Notes under the pieces: model-generated
Told to the model about the DNA's origin: nothing
Seen by the model: the letters and a program-made list of their open reading frames with translations, nothing else
Databases searched by the model: none
Shown: positions 40,927 through 48,869 of the stretch, piece after piece
Position numbering within the stretch: the first letter of the stretch is position 1
Layout: every line of letters begins with the position of its first letter
Position numbers and translations under genes: made by a program
NCBI GenBank assembly: GCA_965214495.1
Contig: OZ243958.1
Span: 2,338,831 to 2,402,830, forward strand
Direction of reading: 5' to 3'
From: Alphaproteobacteria bacterium
Lineage (GTDB): Bacteria; Pseudomonadota; Alphaproteobacteria; UBA7887
Length of the DNA: 64,000 nucleotides

Positions 40927-41646
40927 ATGGCATTCGAACGCAGGCCCGCGATGGCGCGCGTGGATACCCGAGCCAGGGCCGACATCGACGAGGGCCTGCG
41001 CGCCTTCATGCTCAAGGTTTACAACTACATGTGCCTCGGTCTCGGCGTGACCGGCGCGGTAGCCCTGTTCACGGCGAGTTCCGGGACGATGTTGGCGGCT
41101 ATCTACGGCACGCCGCTGCAATGGCTGGTCATGCTGTCGCCGCTGGCCTTCATCCTGATCCTGAGCTTCGGCATCAACAGGCTCAGCCCCGGCGCGTGCC
41201 AGGCGCTGTTCTGGGCGTTCGCGGCAGTCATGGGGCTGTCCATGGCGTCGATCTTCCTGGTCTTCACGGGAAGCAGCATCGCGCGGGTGTTCTTCGTCAC
41301 CGCCGCCGCGTTCGGCGGCCTCAGCCTTTACGGCTACACGACCAGAAAGAATCTGAGCGGCATGGGGTCGTTCCTGATCATGGGCCTGATCGGCATCCTC
41401 CTCGCCATGCTGGTCAATATCTTCCTCGAATCGTCGGCGCTGCAGTTCGCGATCTCGGTGATCGGAGTCTTGGTCTTCGCCGGCCTGACCGCTTACGATA
41501 CGCAGCGCATCAAGCTGAGCTACTACGCTGCCGACGGCACCGCGGTGGCCGAGAAGAAGGCGATTTACGGCGCTCTCAGCCTGTATCTCCACTTCATCAA
41601 CATGTTCTACTTCCTGCTGATGCTGTTCGGCGGCAACCGCGAATAG
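40927..41646 (+). CDS. Bax inhibitor-1/YccA family inner-membrane protein
   Basis: FMLKVYNYMCLGLGVTG..., seven hydrophobic segments, C-terminal ...LYLHFINMFYFLLMLFGGNRE typical of BI-1/YccA. Confidence 0.85.
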   Translation: MAFERRPAMARVDTRARADIDEGLRAFMLKVYNYMCLGLGVTGAVALFTASSGTMLAAIYGTPLQWLVMLSPLAFILILSFGINRLSPGACQALFWAFAAVMGLSMASIFLVFTGSSIARVFFVTAAAFGGLSLYGYTTRKNLSGMGSFLIMGLIGILLAMLVNIFLESSALQFAISVIGVLVFAGLTAYDTQRIKLSYYAADGTAVAEKKAIYGALSLYLHFINMFYFLLMLFGGNRE

Positions 41647-41664
41647 GCGAGGCGTCCGAGTGCG

Positions 41665-41700
41665 GGATCCCGGCGCGCGCGACGCCGCGCGCCGGGATCC
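41665..41700 (+). terminator. candidate intrinsic terminator hairpin after BI-1 gene
   Basis: Perfect 15-bp inverted repeat GGATCCCGGCGCGCG / CGCGCGCCGGGATCC with a 6-nt loop, 19 nt after the stop. Followed by TCGACCTTT. Confidence 0.45.
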
Positions 41701-41787
41701 TCGACCTTTCGGAGGCTGCGGGTATCATGCCGTCCGAAGTCGTGTGACACGACCGGATCGGGCCCGGCCTCGGGAGAGAAATCGACC

Positions 41788-42249
41788 GTGACGATCATGG
41801 TTCTCGATACGCTCAAGGCCGCCAAGGTGCTCACCGCGGCCGGCGCGGCTCAACCTCTGGCCGAAGCCATCGTATCGACGGTGAACGACGCCATCTCCGA
41901 CAACGTCGCCACCAAGGGCGATATCGAAAAACTCCAGGGCAGTATCGAGAATCTCGAAGGCGATATCGAAGACCTCCGAGGCGAGGTCAAAGATATCAGG
42001 AGCGATATCAAAGATCTTCGCGATAACGGTGCCACCAAAGCCGATATCGATAGCCTGCGCGAAACCAGCGCCACCAAGGCCGATATCGACAACCTTCGCG
42101 AAACCAGCGCCACCAAAGCCGATATCTCCAACCTCGAAGCGCGCATGTATCGCGCGCTGTGGATGCAGGCGGGCGGCATCGTCGCGGCGATCACCGCGCT
42201 GGCAGGCATCGCCGTGGCATTCGCCAATCTGATCGCCGGAACGGTTTGA
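41788..42249 (+). CDS. DUF1640-family coiled-coil protein with C-terminal transmembrane anchor
   Basis: MTIMVLDTLKAAKVLTAAGAAQPLAEAIVS..., ATKADI(D/S)xLRETS repeated three times (39-bp DNA repeats), hydrophobic tail GGIVAAITALAGIAVAFANLIAG. Confidence 0.7.
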   Translation: MTIMVLDTLKAAKVLTAAGAAQPLAEAIVSTVNDAISDNVATKGDIEKLQGSIENLEGDIEDLRGEVKDIRSDIKDLRDNGATKADIDSLRETSATKADIDNLRETSATKADISNLEARMYRALWMQAGGIVAAITALAGIAVAFANLIAGTV

Positions 42250-42383
42250 TCCCAGGCGCGTCCGACGCCTGAACGCTACCGGCGCACTGGCGCTCGCCGG
42301 AAGCGAAACGCCGCGCGGGCTTGCCGGCCCTCGCCACCGCCGCCACAATGACAGCGTCGCAGCGATCGTCGCCGGGAGGCGTC

Positions 42384-44282
42384 ATGGCCGTTCGCTACCA
42401 TGAAGAATATGCCCGCGCGTTGACCGATCCACGGGCGTTCTGGGCCGAACAGGCGGAGCGCATCGACTGGGTGGAGCGCTGGGACCGGATACTGGACGAC
42501 CGCAATCCGCCATTCTACCGGTGGTTCGCCGGCGCAAAGGTCAACACCTGCCACAACGCGCTCGACCGCCACGTCGACTCCGGTCGCGCGGAACAAACCG
42601 CGTTGATCTATGACAGCCCCGTCACCGGAACCGTGCGCCGCTATACCTATCGCGAACTCCGCGACGCGGTGGCGCTGTTCGCCGGTGCGCTGGCGGCGCT
42701 CGGTGTCGTCCGCGGCGACCGCGTGCTGATCTACATGCCTATGGTGCCGCAGGCGGTGATCGCCATGCTTGCCTGTGCGCGCCTTGGAGCGATTCATTCG
42801 GTAGTGTTCGGCGGGTTCGCGGCGCGCGAGCTGGCCGTCCGCATCGACGACGCCGAACCGCGCGTGATCGTCGCCGGCAGTTGCGGCATCGAACCCGGCC
42901 GGATCGTCGCCTACAAGCCGTTGCTGGACGAAGCGATCGAGCTCGCCGCACACAAGCCCGAACGCTGCATCGTCCTTCAGCGCGAGCAGGCCGAGGCGAC
43001 GCTGGTTCCCGGGCGCGACCTGAGCTGGGAGGAGGCCGAGGCCGGCGCCGCACCGCATCCCTGCATCCCCGTCGCCGCCACCGACCCGCTCTATATCCTC
43101 TACACGTCGGGCACCACCGGCGTGCCGAAGGGCGTGGTGCGCGACAATGGCGGATACCTCGTCGCGCTGGCCTATTCGATGCGCGCGATCTACGACGCCG
43201 AACCCGGCGACGTGTTCTGGTCGGCGAGCGACGTGGGATGGGTGGTCGGCCACTCCTACATCGTCTATGCGCCGCTGATCCACGGCTGCGCGACAGTGCT
43301 CTACGAGGGCAAGCCGGTCGGAACGCCCGATGCAGGGGCGTTCTGGCGGGTGATTGCGCAGCACGGCGTCAAAACGCTGTTCACCGCACCGACGGCGTTC
43401 CGCGCCATCCGCCGCGAAGACCCGGTCGCCGAATTGCTTGCGGGCCACGACCTCGGACGCTTCGAGTCGCTGTTCCTCGCCGGCGAACGGCTCGATCCCG
43501 ACACCCTCGCCTGGGCGCAACGCGTTTTGAACGTCCCGGTCATCGACCACTGGTGGCAGACCGAAACCGGCTGGCCGATCTGCGCCGATTGCGCCGGGCT
43601 GGAGCTGATGCCCGTCAAGCCTGGCTCGGCGACCGTGCCGGTGCCGGGTTTTCGCGTGCGCGCGCTCGACGAATCCGGCGGCGAGGTCGAGCGCGGGAAG
43701 ATCGGTGCGCTAACCATCGAACTGCCGATGCCGCCGGGCTGCCTGTCCACCCTGTGGCGGAACGACGACGGATATATCGACTCCTATCTCGGCGAGTTCC
43801 CCGGCCACTACCAGTCGGGCGACGCCGGCTATATCGACGAAGACGGCTATGTTTTCGTCATGTCGCGCACCGATGACATCATCAATGTCGCGGGCCACCG
43901 CCTTTCGACCGGCGGCATGGAAGAGGTGCTCGCACAGCACCCCGATGTTGCCGAATGCGCGGTGATCGGCGCCGCCGATCCGCTCAAGGGCGAACTGCCT
44001 GTGGGGATGATCGTTTTGCAATCCGGCGTTGACCGGCCACACGCCGAGATCGCGGGAGAGGTCGTACAATTGGTGCGCCGGCACATTGGCCCGGTTGCCG
44101 CGTTCCGCACCGCGGTGGTCGTCAAACGGCTGCCGAAGACGCGCTCGGGCAAGATCCTGCGCGGCACACTGAAGAAGATCGCGGACGGCAGTGACTGGAC
44201 CATGCCGGCCACGGTCGATGACCCGGCGATCTTCGGCGAAATCGCCGACGACCTGCGAAACGCCGGCTATCCGCGCGCGTGA
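42384..44282 (+). CDS. propionate--CoA ligase / acetyl-CoA synthetase-family AMP-forming ligase
   Basis: MAVRYHEEYARALTDPRAFWAEQAERIDWV... (PrpE-type N-terminus), YTSGTTGVPKG AMP-binding motif, C-terminal ...SGKILRG. Confidence 0.85.
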   Translation: MAVRYHEEYARALTDPRAFWAEQAERIDWVERWDRILDDRNPPFYRWFAGAKVNTCHNALDRHVDSGRAEQTALIYDSPVTGTVRRYTYRELRDAVALFAGALAALGVVRGDRVLIYMPMVPQAVIAMLACARLGAIHSVVFGGFAARELAVRIDDAEPRVIVAGSCGIEPGRIVAYKPLLDEAIELAAHKPERCIVLQREQAEATLVPGRDLSWEEAEAGAAPHPCIPVAATDPLYILYTSGTTGVPKGVVRDNGGYLVALAYSMRAIYDAEPGDVFWSASDVGWVVGHSYIVYAPLIHGCATVLYEGKPVGTPDAGAFWRVIAQHGVKTLFTAPTAFRAIRREDPVAELLAGHDLGRFESLFLAGERLDPDTLAWAQRVLNVPVIDHWWQTETGWPICADCAGLELMPVKPGSATVPVPGFRVRALDESGGEVERGKIGALTIELPMPPGCLSTLWRNDDGYIDSYLGEFPGHYQSGDAGYIDEDGYVFVMSRTDDIINVAGHRLSTGGMEEVLAQHPDVAECAVIGAADPLKGELPVGMIVLQSGVDRPHAEIAGEVVQLVRRHIGPVAAFRTAVVVKRLPKTRSGKILRGTLKKIADGSDWTMPATVDDPAIFGEIADDLRNAGYPRA

Positions 44283-44701
44283 GCGCTGCGACCGGCCCGC
44301 GCAACCTGCGCGTTTACGGCGTTCTGATGCGCGCCGGCCGCGCCCTGATGGCCGCCGAGCGCGTGATGGCCCGTGACGTCCTCAAATTCCCCGGCGGCGC
44401 GGTCGAGGCCGGCGAGACTCCGGAAACCGCGCTGGTCCGCGAGTTCGACGAGGAAACCGGACTGGCGATTACCGTCACGGCGTTGTTGCACGCGCCGGGC
44501 ACGCTGTTCAGCCCGTGGACGTTGCAGCCCTACACGCCGCTGTTCTACGCTGTCGGCGCGACCGGCGCGCCGCGGGCACCTGCGCATGAGGCCTTGATTC
44601 TGTCTTTCATGACCCCCGCGGAAGCGCTCGCCGCCAGCCGCATGGCCGACCCCGACCGACTCGCGCTGGCTCGGGCCGCGGCACTGGGAGAACGCTCATG
44701 A
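44279..44701 (+). CDS. NUDIX hydrolase
   Basis: GTG overlaps the ligase stop. NUDIX box GGAVEAGETPETALVREFDEETGL. Confidence 0.8.
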   Translation: MSAATGPRNLRVYGVLMRAGRALMAAERVMARDVLKFPGGAVEAGETPETALVREFDEETGLAITVTALLHAPGTLFSPWTLQPYTPLFYAVGATGAPRAPAHEALILSFMTPAEALAASRMADPDRLALARAAALGERS

Positions 44702-44722
44702 CCTTGGACGTGCTGATCCGCG
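44686..44722. repeat. left copy of imperfect direct repeat (NUDIX stop/amidohydrolase start: GGGAGAACGCTCATGACCTTGGACGTGCTGATCCGCG)
   Basis: 35/37 identical to 48833-48869. Encodes a stub MTLDVLIRG... of the amidohydrolase N-terminus. Confidence 0.7.
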
Positions 44723-45009
44723 GCGCCCGCGGTGTTCGTCTCATCCAACGTCAGGGACTACGCCGTCGATGACAAGACAACCGTCACGGACGATATCCGA
44801 CCGGAGTTTGAGGCCGTCGGCCCCTCGAGTACACCCCCAACATGGGTGCGGCCAGATCTCTCCTGGGACTGTAGAGCCGTTTCCCGGCTGACACTCGGCG
44901 TAAAAGCTTCGGATCCGGATTGCGCGGCATCGCTCGCGCTGGGAATGTCGCGGCTGCCGGTTTACGGAAGAACGTCGCGAAGCAGGTGTCCAAGGTAAGG
45001 AATTGAACG

Positions 45010-45171
45010 ATGGCCAAAGGCGGTAACAAAGGTGGTGGTGGCAAGAGCGGGAGTAGAAAAGGCGGCGGCGGCAAGGGCGGCGCCCGCGGAGGCGGTGGAA
45101 ATCCGAATTTCCCGTCCCGAACGGGCCGGCCGTCGGGCAGCGGCAGAGGGAACAATCCGCCGAAGAAGTAG
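45010..45171 (+). CDS. small glycine-rich basic protein (53 aa; KGG-repeat-like, intrinsically disordered)
   Basis: Not in the ORF track (<60 aa). Strong SD TAAGGAA 7 nt upstream of ATG. MAKGGNKGGGGKSGSRKGGGGKGGARGGGGNPNFPSRTGRPSGSGRGNNPPKK*. Confidence 0.45.
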   Translation: MAKGGNKGGGGKSGSRKGGGGKGGARGGGGNPNFPSRTGRPSGSGRGNNPPKK

Positions 45172-45679
45172 AAGGCGAAAATCCTGCGGCCTATCCGGTG
45201 ACGTCGACGAGTTCCACGCGAGCCTGTCTGTGCGCCAGCGGCGGGCGGGCTTCCGACAGGTCGGTGATCGGATAGGTCCGTGAAAAAAACGGGTGGATGC
45301 GCGCGGTGTCGGGCATGGGGAGGAATGCGTGCTTCTCGTCGACGCTGTCCTCGCGGCACAGACCGAGACGGGGCAACGCGCCACGGCTGTCGCGGGACGG
45401 CGCTTGCATCGCTTGGTCCAACCCGGTCGCGCCCGTAGCCGCGTCGACCGCGCCGTCGTCGGGCGGCACGGGAAGCGTGAACACGCGCGCCGGGCCGTCC
45501 CGTCTCGGCGGGACCTGCGCGTTCTCCCGGAGCCCAAGATGACCCGGTGCTACCACTCGTATTTGGGCGCCGGTTCAGGAGAAGACACGTGTTCGTTGAA
45601 CGTTATGGCCGGCTCCACGATATCGCCCAGACGGTGATCCAGGAACTGACCCCCAACGGGGTCGAAGTGGACACCTCAA

Positions 45680-46940
45680 AAAGCGTGGTGTTCTGGATGT
45701 TGACGTGATTCATTCGAGATAGCAGGCTGGGAGGATGGTTTTGATGCGACAGTTTGGGCTTTACTGGAGCATTTGGGGAGGCTGTCGTCGACCGACGACC
45801 CGCTCGAGGCGCTGGCGAAGGTGGTGGACTTTGAAGTTTTTCGCGCGCCGCTGGAGGCAGCGTTGGGCTATTCGGACGGCTCCAGGGGCGGTCGCCCGCC
45901 TTACGATCCGGTGGTGATGTTCAAAATCCTGATCCTGGCAGCCCGGCACATGGTGAGCGACGAACAGATGGAGTTCCTGATCCGCGACCGCCTGAGCTGG
46001 CTTCGCTTCCTGGGTTTCGACCTGGGAGCACGGACCCCGGATCGCAATACCATCTGGACTTTCCGCGAGCGCCTGGTTCGGGCCGGGGCGACGGATGCCT
46101 TGTTCGCCACCTTCGATCGCGAGCTTCGCCGTGCGGGCTATCTGGCGATGGGCGGCCAGATCGTCGATGCGACGCTGGTGTCGGCGCCGAGGCAGCGCCA
46201 CACGGAGCCGGAGAAGGAAGTGATCGGGTCGGGCAAGAGCAGCGACGAGATTTGGGTGGACCAACCGGCGAAGGCGGCGCAGAAGGACACGCAAGCGCGC
46301 TGGACGGTGAAGACCGGGCGGCGCCGGAACCCGCCCGGATCGCGGCAACGCCAGCCCGATATCGCGATCCCGGTGTTCGGCTACAAGAACCACATCGTCA
46401 TCGACCGCAGATACGGCTTCATCCGCAGCTTCGCGGTGACCGATGCCGCCTGCCATGACGGTCAGATGCTGCGTCATTTGATTACCAGCGACAATCTGGC
46501 CGCCGGTGTGTGGGCTGACAGTGCTTATCGCTCCCGGGCCAACGAGGCCTGGCTGGCGGACAGGGGGCGGGTCTCCCACATCCACCGCAAGAAGCCCAGG
46601 GGCCGACCCATGCCCGGAACAACCGCTCGGGCCAACGCTCGCAAGTCGGCTGTCCGCGCGCAGGTGGAGCATGTCTTCGCCCACCGGAAGGAGCGCATGG
46701 GCCTGTTCATCCGCACCATCGGCATCGAGCGGGCCAGGACCCGGATTGGATTGGCCAACCTCGTCTGCAACATTCAGCGTCTGCTGTTCCACGAGCGCAA
46801 AGCCGTCATGGCATGAGTCTGCGCGGATAGCCGCAAAGCACCCCCCTCTCACACGACTATTGCGATCCAGTCAGCCCATCAACACCCTGAAATACGCCCA
46901 AACACCCAACAAGACCCCGAAAACCGCCTAAATCCACTCC
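45680..46940 (+). mobile_element. IS5-family insertion sequence (approximate ends)
   Basis: Transposase ORF plus candidate imperfect terminal inverted repeats (GTTCTGGATGTTGACG near 45683-45700 versus the reverse complement of CCGCCTAAATCCAC near 46924-46937). Confidence 0.45.
45773..46816 (+). CDS. IS5-family DDE transposase
   Basis: ...GRPPYDPVVMFKILILAARHMVSDEQMEFLIRDRLSWLRFLGFDL...FGYKNHIVIDRRYGFIRSFAVTDAACHDGQML...VWADSAYRS... TTG start. The expected MRQ-type N-terminus (ATG at 45744) is out of frame, so the N-terminus may be frameshifted. Confidence 0.8.
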   Translation: MGRLSSTDDPLEALAKVVDFEVFRAPLEAALGYSDGSRGGRPPYDPVVMFKILILAARHMVSDEQMEFLIRDRLSWLRFLGFDLGARTPDRNTIWTFRERLVRAGATDALFATFDRELRRAGYLAMGGQIVDATLVSAPRQRHTEPEKEVIGSGKSSDEIWVDQPAKAAQKDTQARWTVKTGRRRNPPGSRQRQPDIAIPVFGYKNHIVIDRRYGFIRSFAVTDAACHDGQMLRHLITSDNLAAGVWADSAYRSRANEAWLADRGRVSHIHRKKPRGRPMPGTTARANARKSAVRAQVEHVFAHRKERMGLFIRTIGIERARTRIGLANLVCNIQRLLFHERKAVMA

Positions 46941-47750
46941 TCACCGCATGTTATTGGAGGTGTCCGAGTGACTGGCGATGATTTCGCGAAATAATTCGTT
47001 GGCGGCATCCAGCAGAGCGAAAGTGTCGTCACCGCCGGGCTCGGCGATGTTCTTCTCGGAGGCAGCGAATTCAGTTTCCATGAACCGATCAAGCATGCCG
47101 ATACGAGGTCCGTCACCGATGTCGCTCCGCCTAGCCTTGCGTGCCACCAGTTCATCGATGACCTGACCGAGTTCGTGACTCAGTTCAAGCCCGGAGCGCA
47201 GGCCCGGGAGGTCCATTGGCGGTACATCTGCGCGCGTACGCAGCCAGAAAAGGGCGAGCGCAGGGCGCAGGGCGTAGAAGTACCTCTTCAGGCGCACCGT
47301 TTCACGCCCCTTGATTGCTTCCTCGTATTGTGAACGGCCAAGATGAAGGTAGTGATACCGGGCCGGACGATGGAATCGGGTACATGCCGAGAGATCGCGA
47401 AGCCTCGCTATACAAGCCGGGCTCTCCCGATAGCGAATCGGCGAAGTCAGCCATTCGGTGAGCACCGGATTGGCCTTGAGCAGTAGTTGTAACGCCTTCC
47501 TGATATCCCATCCGTTGACGTCGAGGGCATCTTCAATGGGGTATTCGATCACATCGCGGCGTACGTCGATAGAGAGATACCAATCACGCGGCCGCGCATA
47601 GAGGAAGCGCACATCGTAATCGCTGTCGGGAGACGGAAACCCCCACGCGCGGCTGCCGGACTCCACAGCAAGAAGGATACGTACGGACTCGCTGTGCTCA
47701 ATCTCGGAAAGTTTGTCGTCGATGCGACGGCGGATACGCGGATCGATCAC
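46941..47750 (-). CDS. COG3541/PF10127-type predicted nucleotidyltransferase
   Basis: ...ILLAVESGSRAWGFPSPDSDYDVRFLYARP... (GS-x-AYG-x-SDxD motif of the family). 269 aa, lower GC than the flanks. Confidence 0.7.
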   Translation of the reverse strand: MIDPRIRRRIDDKLSEIEHSESVRILLAVESGSRAWGFPSPDSDYDVRFLYARPRDWYLSIDVRRDVIEYPIEDALDVNGWDIRKALQLLLKANPVLTEWLTSPIRYRESPACIARLRDLSACTRFHRPARYHYLHLGRSQYEEAIKGRETVRLKRYFYALRPALALFWLRTRADVPPMDLPGLRSGLELSHELGQVIDELVARKARRSDIGDGPRIGMLDRFMETEFAASEKNIAEPGGDDTFALLDAANELFREIIASHSDTSNNMR

Positions 47751-47775
47751 GGGACAGCCTCGGTGAATACGTCGC

Positions 47776-48480
47776 TCATACCAAACACAATTCCAACAAA
47801 CAAATATAGTGATGTTTCGGGATCAGCGCGAGGGAGCGACGGCATAACCGCGCTGTGTCATGGTCGTGATGACGCTGGGCCGGCCGGTCAGCCATTGCCA
47901 TTCCATCCAGCATGCCTCCTTCAGGGCCGCAACATCCTTGAACACCCGACTCGCGAAGCGGTTCGATTTTAGAAACAGAACGATCTGCTCCATCGAGTTG
48001 CGTTCCGGGCTGTAGGGCACCAGGTGCGCGTTTACGGACGCCGTGTTCGCTCTGTCCGCCACATGCGCGACGCCAACGCCCCGCGCACGCGGCGATGAAC
48101 AGACAGACATAACCGTAGCGATGATCGCGCGCGATCTGGAGGCGCTGCTTGCGATGCGCCCACACTCGCGTCGTCATTCCCTTCTGCCCGATGCGCGCCT
48201 CGTCCTGAAACCAGACCTCGACCGGTCCCGCCGGCGCCGCCGGACTAAGCGCCGACCCCAGCAACTCCTCAAACGCCCGCTGTCTTGGGGTTGATCGGTC
48301 GCCACGAGACAAAGCGAAACTCCGCCCTTCGGAGCATTATGCGGACGCCGTTCTCCTTATGGATCACCCCGAAGGCCTCCTCGACCTTCCGCACGCGCCA
48401 GGGCGTCACCCCGTGCCGCTCACGGCTCGGACCCGCCTCGGTCCACGCGCCGATCCCGCCGATTCGCGCCGCTGCCAACC
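47776..48480 (-). pseudogene. IS630-family transposase, frameshifted/truncated
   Basis: Pieces in three frames: ...IMLRRAEFRFVSWRPINPK... (N-terminal region), VEVWFQDEARIGQKGMTTRVWAHRKQRL (DDE region), ...YSPERNSMEQIVLFLKSNRFASRVF... (C-terminal DDE-E region). Confidence 0.6.
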
Positions 48481-48542
48481 GACCCGCGCTAACGTAGCGC
48501 GGGCGGCGGCAACTCCAGGTCCACGCCGTTGGCCAGTCCAAA

Positions 48543-48710
48543 CTACGAGCAGGCGATGCTCGCGAGGTTTCGGGAATCCGGCCTGCGCCCGACGGCATCG
48601 CGCAGAATCGCCCCCGCCTCTTCTTCCATGGGACGACCGTGGTCTGCCGCCTGGACGTGGAGCCTCCTCTTCGTGTCGTCGTCGAGGTTGCGGATCGTGA
48701 TGCCCGCCAT
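48543..48710 (-). pseudogene. FitA/VapB-like ribbon-helix-helix antitoxin, C-terminally frameshifted; no cognate PIN toxin present
   Basis: MAGITIRNLDDDTKRRLHVQAADHGRPMEEEAGAILRDAV... then a premature stop. The expected ...GVDLELPP... tail continues out of frame, and the downstream sequence is IS630 debris. Confidence 0.5.
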
Positions 48711-48832
48711 GACGATGTCCTCCGTTCGTCCATCAGCCCAATTTAGGCATCGGCTGTGATGCTATCCAGACACCGTTCGGCGCGGGCGTTGCGGGCCTGC
48801 GCGGCTCTGCTCTACGCTGTCGCCGCAGCCTC

Positions 48833-48869
48833 GGGAGAACGCTCATGACTCTGGACGTGCTGATCCGCG
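48833..48869. repeat. right copy of imperfect direct repeat bounding the 4.1-kb insertion
   Basis: GGGAGAACGCTCATGACTCTGGACGTGCTGATCCGCG, preceded by a compressed copy of the NUDIX 3' end (…LYAVAAASGERS*). Confidence 0.7.

Noticed and set aside
45191-45556. 121-aa minus-strand ORF inside the mobile insertion
   Set aside because: No start context, no family resemblance, high-GC filler composition. Cannot be supported from sequence alone.
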